64,000 nt of DNA from Oikopleura dioica. Its lineage: Eukaryota; Animalia; Chordata. The notes beneath the pieces are model-generated. The model searched no databases. It saw only the letters and a list, made by a program, of their open reading frames with translations, and was not told where the DNA came from. Location of the stretch: contig OU015568.1 in NCBI GenBank assembly GCA_907165135.1, forward strand, positions 6,138,001 through 6,202,000, read 5' to 3'. Positions 1 through 10,714 of this stretch are shown here, one piece after another (within the stretch, counting starts at the first letter, position 1; each line of letters opens with the position of its first letter). The position numbers were made by a program, and so were the translations under genes.

Positions 1-70
1 CGAGGATTTTTTGAAAATGACGAGACTTTTCGGCCCAATTTTAATAGACGGGATTCTTCGAGACTGAAAT

Positions 71-3000
71 GATTGTGACCCAAATTTTTAGTGGAATGGA
101 GCGCAGAAGAGCTTTCAATACTTTGAAGCCTCAACGCTCAAAGTTCTATCAGCACTCGGATAATAATCATGGCACTTATTATCGGTTCTTACGGGGCGTA
201 GGAACGGGATTTAACTATTGTGACTCTTTTCAAAGCGGAATGAGGCCAAAAGGGCAATATAAAGCTGATAAAAGTAACATGGAAGTTCACAAGCGTAATT
301 TCAATTCGCACTCGGACCATAACCACGGAACGAATATTGTTCAGTCCGAAATGTTTGCTAGATTAGAGCGGGATATGAAGAATTAATCTTTCCTTCTTAT
401 TGTGGCCCTTTTTCAAAGTGGAATGAGACCCAATGGCACTACAATTCATACATCCGCTATGAGACAGCATCATAAGTGGAATCATTTTTCGAAATTGGAA
501 AAAGGCTTTTGGGCTTTTATAATGAGATATTTTTGTGTACCCTTTCGAAAGCGGAATGAGACCGAGCGGAAAAGATATTCACAAGCACAACTTCAATTCG
601 CACCATTTTCATAACCATGGAACGAATATGATGAAGTCCAAAGTATCCGGCAAATTAGAGCGGGATAGAATCTCAGTCTTGAAAAACACCATTTTCTTAC
701 TCATATCATCTCATATTCATATCATCACTGTCTCCTGATTTCGATAAATCTCGATTGTGACCCCAACTAGTGGCTACGCGGGTGGTTATGAAAACCTTCA
801 TAACAAGAAACTGAATTTCCACAAAAGAACTATGGTCACCCATCACAGGAATAATCATAAATCAGCCGGGGATTGTATTTGTGAAATTTTTGCGAGATGT
901 TTTGTGACTCTGAAAGTCAATCTGCTTGCCGATTTATCCATAAGGGGAGCTTGAATCGACACCACAAAACTCATCATTTGTCGAAAGAATGGGAATTTAG
1001 ACTTGATTGTGACCCATTTGATAGTGGCATTTCTAAAAAAGAGATTTGCCTCAAGAAACAAATCTCGATTGAAAGTGAGAAAAAATATGGCTATTACATC
1101 CACAATAAATCTTTTGTTGGACATCATACCATCCATCATTTGCCAAAAAAAGAATAAAGTCGGGGTTGATTTTTCATTTTTTTTTATTTCGAGGTTGATT
1201 GTGATCCATTGTTAGCGGACTGCATTTCAGAAACAGAGCAATTTACAACAACAAAAAACAATTTTTGCAGCATCACAAAAAACACGGCCATTTTGAAAAA
1301 GGGATTGAAAGTAATTGTGACCTTGTAAAGTGGCGTGGACGTAAGAACAAAATCTAAAATAACCAAAAAACTTCACATGTCTTCGCATCACATCGCTCAT
1401 CATTCGCAAAATACAAGGAAAAAAGCAAAGGGATGAATTTTCAATTCATTGTGATCCTCTAAAGTTCCCCGTCGACTCAAAAACTAGACTTGCATCACTA
1501 CCGCCAGCATATGAAAAAAGTAATGACCAGAGCTCAGATGGGCGAGCTTCTCGGCCCGCGTCTGAAAGCTTTGATTCGCGAAGGGAAGGGGGATGAAATT
1601 GTATTTTGTTAAACGATTGTGGCCCTTTCTAGCGCTATTGATGTTCGATGTAAGAATCCAGCGATAAATGCGAAGCATACGCTCTCCCATCATGTCGCTA
1701 GTCACCTGAATATTCAAAAAATTGGAAAAGCCAACACGGCAATTTTGCTAGAAATTGTTCGAGCCTCTGAAGCGTATCAAGAGTTGGGATGGCTTTTTTC
1801 GCTATCTCTTGTTTTTTTAATTGCGGATTTGATTTTTAAAATTGTGATCCTTTGTCTAGTGGAGTTGATGTAAGAAAGAAAAACCCAATAATCCATCACC
1901 ATAGTTTCCTCTGCCATCACCTGATAAATCACCGTCGAGTTTATATCGCAAGAGGTACTAATGTCGAAACTTTGCGTTTTATGTTGCAAGGGAGGGATTA
2001 TTTTTGGATTGGTTGTGACCTTGAATAAGTGGCTATCGCACTGGGTGCTCAACCTTATCTTTGCACAGAGGACTAATGTTGCAGCATCATCGAAACAACC
2101 ATAAAGGAACGCGGATGAAAGATTTTTATTGTGACCCTCAATCAGTGGTCATCGCACGAGTACAAATAAGATAGTTTTAGATTCAAGAGCTTTGTTTCGC
2201 CACCATCATGCTAACCACGTCGATAAAAATCAGCGTCCCAACTATCGAAAAGAATGGATATCAGTCATTAAAATTGCTAGTTAATTTTTGTAAAAGGTCC
2301 CTTTCAGCGGGTACAGATTGTGATTCTCATTCAGTGGTTATCGGGCGAATGCTCAGAACCAGTTGGTTCTGTATTCATGGATTCTAGGTCGACACCATAG
2401 TACTCACCACATTGAAAAAGAAAAACAGTGCTCTAGCTGCAAAAAAGAATGGATATCAGTCAATCTTATTCCAAGTCCCGGTGATTGTGACTCTTTGTAA
2501 GCGGGTATCAACATCGAAAGCATTCGACCGAAAACTTTCGATTGCATAAAAGCCATTTTATGTCGCATCATGACAGTAACCATTCTTCTGAAAGGGATCG
2601 AAATATTTATTTGAAATTTCGAAGCGTTGAAGGTTTATTTTGATTGTGGCCCTTTCAAAGCACGAATAATTACGACAATGCTTCGATGCTCCGCCATCAC
2701 TTTTCTCGTCACGTGCACTCAAGTTTCCTAAAGTTTCCTTCGAAGAATTATAGCGTTAACGAGCTAAAGAGCTTCGTCTTAGCTTGGGATTAGATTATAG
2801 CAATTGCGGGTGATTGGGACCCTTTTCGAGCGGTTACAATTCGAAAGCGTCGAAGCCTGTTTTCTTCTTCCATAAAAATTACTTTATGAAACATCACAAA
2901 AACAACCATTTTATGGAATGGGACTATTTTTGGTCTGTTTATTACATTTGCGTTGATTGTGACTCTCCGAAGCGGGATGAAGTTGACTGCGAAGCCTAAT

Positions 3001-4492
3001 GGCCGAGGCAACTTCGTGTATCTCCATCATGGCCAAATGATTTACCATCACCTTTCGCATCACGGGGTTCCAGAGAATCTCGAGAAGCCGCTTTACAAAT
3101 GTAACATGAATGACTTCAAGTCAATTTTAGAAGGGATTGAATTTAATTGAACTAATGAGATTGTAATTACGGATGACTTGACATTAAGTGAAATTGTGAC
3201 TCTTAAAAAGTGGCATAAGGGCGAACGGGATGCTAAATAACTTCAATATGCCCCGACACCACTCAAATAACCACACTAATGCTTCTGAAAGAAAAGGCGG
3301 GATTTAAATCAGCCACTCTGCCTTACTTACGATTTACTTACGATTGTGGCCCTGTTTTAAGAGCGTACGATTCTAGGAGCACAAATCGAATGGTCGAGGG
3401 CATTATCTTTAGATTCCACAAAGGCCATATGATGAGGCATCATAACTGTAACCATCTTTCTGATCCCTCAGGTGGGGATCGAATTCATAATGGGAGTTGA
3501 TTGTGACCAAGCTAAAGTGGACTTTCGGAAAAGGGAGCTCCTTTCAGTAATGATATGCTTAGGCACCATTTCTGCAAGCACGAGTTCCTTCCTTTTGCCA
3601 AAAAGTTCAAAGTCGAAGAATTGAAAAGGCGTTTACCAGGTTCGGACTTTCAAAAATTTGAGCAATAAGGATTAGATACTTTTTGGGATGTATATCACAC
3701 GCAGAGTTTAGTTCGGTAAATTGTGACCCTTTGAGCGCTGGGAGGCCAGGAAGAAAGCCAGATGTGGCGATTCAGAGGCGGCATCACCAGCGAAATCATT
3801 TGCAGCATGCCTGCATACTTTGCAAATGATCGGATTCCTGAAAATAGTCATCGGTTTAAGTAGATCATTTTCCAAGAGGAGCATCGATCAAAAAATAACT
3901 CGAAGACAATATCACAGAGGCCATTTTATAAAAATACTTGGGTATATTGTGACCCTTTTAGCGCGGTAAGGCAAGCGAGAAAGCCAGATGTGTCGCTTCT
4001 GAAGCGGCATCACCAGGCACATCATTTGCAGAATAACTGCGTTCAATGGAAATGATCGGATTCTTGACATAATTTTTCGTTATTTTTTGCGGATGATTGG
4101 GATCATTTTCCAAGAGGAGCGACGATCAACATTAATAACTCGAGAATGATAAGACATCATCACAGAAATCACTTCATCAAGACTTACTTAGAATGGGATA
4201 GCCAAAGGCCCCACTTTCGGGACTGATTGTGACCATTTTTAGGGGAGCTACTATTCGAAATTTAACGTACACTAGGATGACAAGGCATCATCATCGAAAC
4301 CACTGTCCACATGGTACTCCTAACTGTTGTCCCGTCAATACGTTAGTTTGGGTTCTTGATCGTCTTCGATTTCTTGTCTCTGATTTCCCTCCTTCGTTTG
4401 GTTCAGTTCGATTGATTATTTTTGCTCTTACCAAAAATTTATCTTTTTTTAAAGTCTCAAATACCGAAATCGAATACCAACCAATATTTTAA
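71..4492 (+). other. Array of 26 intact plus 1 decayed exon-like cassettes, each encoding the His half (recognition helix, H-x4-H) of a BED-type zinc finger
   Basis: Each unit has (G/A/T)ATTGTG(A/G)(C/T)C followed 6-10 nt later by AG. First exon bases: 92, 236, 419, 552, 771, 917, 1025, 1216, 1331, 1465, 1633, 1860, 2030, 2146, 2335, 2502, 2661, 2831, 2973, 3211, 3362, 3518, 3736, 3962, 4115, 4243 (decayed copy at 3877). Skipping one base after the AG (phase 2) gives an open frame through H-[H/S]-x3-H in all 26, e.g. GMRPNGTTIHTSAMRQHHKWNH, GYRTGCSTLSLHRGLMLQHHRNNH, GYNSKASKPVFFFHKNYFMKHHKNNH. His codons vary CAT/CAC. The array continues beyond the window start. Confidence 0.85.
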
Positions 4493-4521
4493 AGGGTTCA
4501 ATTAGATAAAATATTAAAAAG

Positions 4522-6499
4522 TCCACTGTCAAATCCCATACCAAAGCCAGTCAAGCCAAGAATGCTCAGCAGCAACAACAGCAATTGGCCTCACTACAGG
4601 CCGCCCAAGCGGCTCAAAATCTTCCAATGCCTGGCGTCACTGGAATGCCTGGCACTTCTGGACTGAACATTCTCCCTCAGCAAGTGCTGCCAAAACCACC
4701 AAAGCAGCCGAAACAGAAGAAGTCGCCAGCTGGCGGAGTAAAGGCAGCACAGATGCAAGAGTTTGTCGCGATCTGCTCGGATATCATGACGAAAGTGTCC
4801 AAACACGAGCTTCCCGGCGACTTTTGGACTTCCGAGGAAATGTTCGAGTTCGTCTACGGCCTTGTCGAGCGACAACAGCGCGGAGAACCAGTCACTCAAA
4901 TCACCATCGAAGAAGCGCTCGAGTAAGTCTTTTCCTCATCGAACTCTTTTATCAATTTTATTAGTAAACTGAAGACACGCCACGAGTTCAAAGAGCAGAA
5001 CATTCTCGCCATCGAAGACGGAATGGCGCCTCCGACCAAGAAAATGAAAGTGGCAAACGACGAAGACGTCCGCACCATCGTCCAAATCTGGGAAAGCCAG
5101 CCAATGCGGATTTCGCTCGAAGACCATATCTTCCCAAGTAAGACTCTTCAATTTTTGAGCAACACTTTCTATCCTTCAATTTAGTTGACGACTACAGCCA
5201 GTTCTCTATCTCCCGAGTTCGATTGGACGGCGAATGTCTTGGCTTGATGCGATGCAATCATCCTCTCTGCGCCGAAAAGCCACTAGCCGACCGACTTCAC
5301 AAGTAAGCTTGGATGATCTTGTCATCTGTTCATAATGAAATTTAGGATTTGGTTCTCCTCGCGCACCGGGCAGCCACACAAGTACTCGGTCCGTCGCCAC
5401 CACGAGCAGTGCCACTTCGGAAAGATGCTCTCTCGATCTCAAATCATCGACGCTGCTGCCCTTGTGATTTCCGACTCGCAGCTTCCACTCGATAGCTGGT
5501 CCAAGCCATCATTCAAGCACTTCATCTCCAGCTGCGGCCAGTCGACCACTTTCAACAAGAACACGATCTCCGTCGAGGAAATCGTCGCTGCGATGCGAAA
5601 AGCGAATCGACCTCTTTCCGAATCTCATCGAATTGAGCTGATCAACGCTGGAAAAGCGATTCTCATCTACGAAACGGATCCAAACCGGGCTGAAGTGAAA
5701 CCAGAGCCAATCGAGAAGCCGGAAGAAAATGACGGCATTCAAATTGAAGAAATTGAAGGCGGAATCGATGATTCCATGGGAGAAGGTAAATTCTAGCTCC
5801 ATTTATGCTCGCTAACGTTGCTTTTTAGACATGCCCTTGTCCGATTTGCTTAACCAGCCACCGAAACCGCCTGCTCAGCTTTCGCTAGCCGCAGTAACTT
5901 CTGCATCTGGCGATGGCGGAGGAACTGCCACACCATCTGCGGCGTCAGGCGGGATGCCAACTGGTGCCACGGGCACCTCCAACGCTGCAAAGGCTCCACT
6001 TCCTCCCGGGAGCGCCGCGGCGGATGTTGTAGCTGCTGCGAAAGCTGGTAACGCTTCTGCTTCTGGTGGTGCAACTGGGGATCCTCCCGGCGCCGAAAGT
6101 GACGACGACGACCTCGAAGACGAGGATGAAGAGATGGAGGACGAGTCCGACATCCCGATAGACCAGGAGATCGTCAAATATCCTGGGAAGTGCACGGACC
6201 TCTATGCGGTGTACGAACGCTGGGCGCCGATTCTGTCCACAGAAGCGAAAGAAAAGCTCGTGGCGGACTTTTCTCTGAACGATCCTCTGTACCAGAAGCC
6301 AGAGGACATCGAAGACCCGGAACTGCGACTGACGATTCGAGACGAATGGGTGACTGTCTTCCCTGCCTGGCTGGCCAACTTCAAGCCCATGAATGCGAAG
6401 GACGACGGCTTCCAGCGGATACCACTTTCGGACATTCTGGCGATGCGGCGAATGTACAGAACTGAACTTCAAGCCCGCCGCGCTGTCCCTGCGAAATAG
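4522..6499 (+). CDS. BED zinc-finger protein with a hAT-transposase-like helical domain (domesticated hAT derivative); Q-rich N-terminus, low-complexity and acidic C-terminal region
   Basis: Exons approx 4522-4922, 4965-5137, 5185-5302, 5346-5785, 5829-6499, with GT-AG introns of 42-47 bp. Finger: YSQFSISRVRLDGECLGLMRCNHPLC...(phase-2 intron 5303-5345)...IWFSSRTGQPHKYSVRRHHEQCH, followed by LVISDSQLPLDSWSKPSFKHFISSCG, which resembles the post-BED helical domain of hAT transposases. No DDE catalytic region is seen. The 5' start is uncertain and the gene may be joined to upstream exons. Confidence 0.7.
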
Positions 6500-6651
6500 A
6501 AGCAGCTTTTTCAATTTAAATTATTCTACATGTAAACACATCCATTCGGATTTCACACTGCCTTTATCCTGCTTGCAGTTATCTTCTGCCGCCGCTGTAT
6601 CACAAATTAAAAAACTCGAAACTCAGAAAAAATACAAAATTGAAAAAGAAA

Positions 6652-7850
6652 TCAACCGATGACTCGTTCTCTTTTAATCGCCACTTGAAGCAGTTCATTG
6701 AAATCAATTTATTCGGTAAGAAGGTAAATGTAAATCTCAGCATTGTCTCGTTTAACTCGGAATTCACTCTGCATCGGTTCGAATATTTCATCAGGCCAGT
6801 CTGGATTTTCTGATGATTCTATGAGCTCGTCGATTTGCGCGATCTGAGTAAAAATAGTGAACAAAGCGTACTTCAAATAATCACCGTTTTGAGCGAGGTC
6901 TTGTCAAGAAACGCCATCAGAAACCATTTTCCACTGTCCTTGCAATAAATCGGGCTTCCGAATTCTTCAAAGGTTGGAATAAAGCCAACGCCTTCTCTCG
7001 GTGGGTTCCGCGGATTCACTCGCAAAATCGGTCGTCGTTCCGCCTCGTCTCGATCTTGGAAACGGACGTTGATCTTCGCGAAGAAACTGTTTTTCGGATG
7101 ATCTTAATTTTTCGCAATTGATTGAATGGTCAGTCGACTCACTGAGAAAGTAGTGCTCGTATCTATACGATCCAAACAGCACACAGTCTTCGTTTGCTTC
7201 CTGCATTACCTTCTTGTTGTACATTGTCAAGTCCGCGATGGGAGTTATTCTAAAACAGTGTTCCTCTACGATTTCAATTGAACTTACGATGCAGGACGTT
7301 CGAATTCTTCGACGGTTTCGAGAAACATGTGTGTTTCCATTTTCTTGGTCGACTTCACTTTTACGAATTTTCCATGAATTGGCCCAGTTCCTCCGTAAAA
7401 AATGTAGATTTCCCCGTCGGCGACCATCTACAGAGTATAGTTTTATTTTCGCAACAATCCTTCACCTGCTTGAATTTGTCTTCGATATCTTTTGGACTTG
7501 AATTGTGGTTGAGGTTGTCGTCTTTTGGAAAGAAACCGGGCATATAGTGGAACATGTGGTAATCGCATTCAAGCACTAGAAAAAACAGCCTAAATGGACT
7601 TAAATGTTGACAGTATCTTACAAGTGGCGAAATCAGTCTTATCAATGAGAGCTCCCGCGCAACCAAATCTGATGCCCTCGTCGATCCTCGCAATTCTAGC
7701 GTAGTTGTTCAGCATTTTCTTCTCTTCGTCTCCACGCCACGGGAAAGAGTTCTTTTCCATTTCATCGCGATCGGTTAATCTTTCGTTCGTGTACTCTCTC
7801 TTTTGTACCTCGGCCACCAAGAAGTCAGAGCAAAGCAGCTGGAGAAAAGA
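6652..7850 (-). pseudogene. Degenerate trypsin-like serine protease homologue (non-catalytic; frame-disrupted or unusually spliced)
   Basis: Minus-strand pieces ERLTDRDEMEKNSFPW (cf. RIVGG..FPW), RFGCAGALID (cf. CGGSLI) and EEFGSPIYCKDSGKWFLMAF (cf. GDSGGPLVC..W.L.G; catalytic Ser motif absent). The frames do not join cleanly. Confidence 0.45.
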
Positions 7851-8086
7851 AATAAAATTAAGTTTTTCATGAAAATGGCAAATTATGACTAGTTTAGAAA
7901 GAAAATGAAGATGTTTAGCTTTTTCGTACAAAAAGCGCAAAAGATATCAGATGCTCTAGAAATCATCGCGTTTGAAAACGGAGATTTGAGAAAATCAGCC
8001 GATGACTCGTATATTTTTCAAACTCGCCACTTGAAGCAGGTCAATGACAAAAGCAATATCCGCAACATTCAAAAAGCCGAACTATC

Positions 8087-10714
8087 ATGTTGAAAATTCT
8101 TGTTGCACTTTTATTATTAAAAGAATCAGAGCAGCGAAAATGCAAAAGCATTTCAAGAAGATATTTTTACAGAAAAAAAGCTTTGAAATCAACGAGGAGT
8201 CAGAATCAGCAGATAGATTTAACGGAAAACGACCAGTTCTTGTTCTTGACAGAGTCCAGATGGGGACGAGAAGTTCTTTTCGACAGTCAGGATAAATGCG
8301 CGACAAGTTCTTATGGAATCGGAACGCGTTTATTTTTGAGAAAGCGGTGCAATGCTCATTTTTGCTCGATTTACCACGGACTCAAAGGCGACAACTTTCT
8401 TTCTCCGACGATTTTTCTCACTTCACAGAATCGAGTCCACATTCAAATTACTGCCAAATCGGCAGTTAATTACGCAGTCGAGGTTTTTTAATTTTCTCAA
8501 ATGCACTTTTCAGACCTTTTTAGAGCCAAAGAAGCGTTCCTCTCAGAACTTGGTGCGTTTTATCAGTCAACTTTTACAAAAAATCAATAGAAGTCAATAT
8601 CGCGGGTTCAATCGAAAGATTCGAGCTCAAGGATGAAGTGAAATTTGACGACTCGAAAGGACGGTTCTTCTTTGGAGGAAGCTCAGCGAATATTGGAGCG
8701 TCGGTCATTTTTTCGAAGGCAGTAATTCGCAGAGATAGGTCTGTAAACAAAGAAGAACTCAGCGAAAACCCCGGAGAACTTATCTTCAGCAATGGAGTAA
8801 TGAGAGCTGAGGAGAAACGAAGAGTGTTGAATCGCTTGGTCGCGCATTCAAAGTCGAAATATCCTTCCAAAGACACGTGTCCCACAATATTCAAAAAAGC
8901 GAACAAAGGAGTTTCTCCGAAAGAGTTTCAAAGTCCAGTCGTTCGAAGAGTCGTTATGAAATGCTGGAACTTTGGAAAAATCATGGACAGAATTAACTGC
9001 CTCAATCGCGAATTGGAGAACAATTTTATGAAGCGACTTGAACAGACGCGCTTTGAATCGTTAAATCAAAATCGGAGAAGAATGAAGAGTCTTTTCCAGT
9101 CGTTCGATGGTCTTCAATGCGATGGAACGCTTCTCACCATCTTTCTCAAAAGCATCGATTCTAAGAATTACCTCTTTCCTTATCTCATGCTCGCTGCGGA
9201 TAAAAACTGCGCCCTGGCACTTCTAGTTCTCGCGAAAATCCACGAAAGTTCCGGCGATCTACTTACGGCGGCGATGTACTACAGCTACGCAGCGCAGAAA
9301 GCTTTCGAAAGAAGACGAGACCATCCCGAGCAAATGGTCTTCGTCGACGAAATTCGACTAAACGATGAAAAGGCGCTGGATCTTTTCGAAGGCGAGTCCG
9401 GCGGCGTCTACAACTGGTTGCTGGATCAAGCCACGAAAGGCGTCCAGAGCGCGCAAAATCACCTGGCGAGCGTCATCTACCACGGAAAAACTGGCGTCAA
9501 AAAGAATCTTTCCAAGGCTTTCAAGTTCTTCCAACAGGCGGCAAAATCGGAAACGACGGATCCAGACGCGACTTACAACCTTGGATTAATGAAGATGAAA
9601 GGTCAAGGTTCTGGAAGAGACATCGAAGGAGCGGTCGAGGACTTTCAAAAAGTGGTGGAGAGCAGTGCTCATGCTCCATCTCTGAATGCTCTGGGACACT
9701 ACCATTTGCAGGAAGAAAAGAACGCGGAAAAAGCAAAAGAGTATTTCGAAAAAGCGGCGGAACTGGGCGACCCTGACGCGATGCACAACCTTGCGATCAT
9801 AAACAAGCAGAATCTCATTCCCAATCAGCCGAGAGACGATGTCTACTGCTTCGGCCAATTTTATCGCGCCGCTCAACGAGGCCACATTGAATCCGCTTAT
9901 CAGCTGGTGCTCTTTTATTCCGACGGAATTCCAGGAAGTTTACCGGTTGTTCATAAAGACGCGGTTGTTTGGGCCAAGTTTGTTTTATCTGGAACCTCGG
10001 TGGAATTGCGCCAGACACTTCAGAATGGTTTGAAATTCGCGAAAAAGCAGCCAGGAGCGAGATAAAGATAGAATTGACATATTAATTAACCTTTATGAAT
10101 ACGGCTTAAGATCTTGCTCAAGCACTTTCTTTCTGCTTTTACGGTTTGAGCGCGATCGCTTCTTCTGATTTGGGAGCTTTCAATGCTGCCTTCTTGATTA
10201 GCGAAAAATTCAACAAAGAAGCAGATTTGGACTTGAGATTTTTAAAACTAGCGGTCGAAAACACAACGTATTTGCCCTACCGTCAAGCTCAAACACTTCT
10301 CGGAGAACGACTGGGTCCGGAAGAAGGAGAACGGCATCTCGTAGCGGCGGCAAAAGGAATGTGCCCTCGAGCAATGTTCAGTCTCGCTTCGGGCACGCGG
10401 GAATTATCGTAAGTTTTTTGAGACGCATTTATCTTGAAGCAATTTGAAATTGAAAGGAATTCGAGTCTGAGCGAGCTTGGACTGCTCAAGTTCAAAGACG
10501 ACTACCGACGAGTTCTTTTGAAGCGCTGCGCCAGGGTATGAAAAGGGGTTGAAATGATGGCTAATGGATTTAGTGGGGAAATGAAGAATCGATACCTTGT
10601 CAAATCTATCTACTGAAGTTTTACCTGCGAGACTACGGTCCACTTGCGATGAAAGTTTCCGGAGCAGCGATGACTGTTTTGTTTGTTCTTTCTTTAGTTG
10701 TTCGGTATTTCTGA
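8087..10714 (+). CDS. SEL1L3: SEL1L3-like protein (signal peptide, ConA/LamG-like domain, Sel1 repeats, C-terminal TM)
   Basis: MLKILVALLLL leader; RCNAHFCSIYHG...SPTIFLTSQNRVHIQI and FDDSKGRFFFGGS resemble the SEL1L3 N-terminal domain; Sel1 repeats (GVQSAQNHLASVIYHGKTGVKKNLSKAFKFF; GDPDAMHNLA); hydrophobic tail ending at TGA 10712-10714. Confidence 0.8.

Noticed and set aside
71-4492. Single tandem-repeat protein with a CDPFxSG...HHxxxH unit
   Set aside because: The CDP reading is in frame with the His motif in only about 8 of 26 units and stops interrupt the region. The conserved frame starts at the AG instead. Serial splicing of all cassettes is not formally excluded.
71-4492. CRISPR-like array or C/D snoRNA cluster
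   Set aside because: The context is eukaryotic, the motif is short and degenerate, and the spacers show codon-level conservation. Minus-strand RTGATG resembles box C, but no matching CTGA box D or terminal stems were seen.
5850-6514. Several overlapping minus-strand ORFs (74-189 aa)
   Set aside because: These are shadows of the GC-rich plus-strand last exon of the BED-finger gene.
8085-8500. Second minus-strand protease paralogue
   Set aside because: This interval is better explained as the plus-strand 5' exon of the SEL1L3-like gene.
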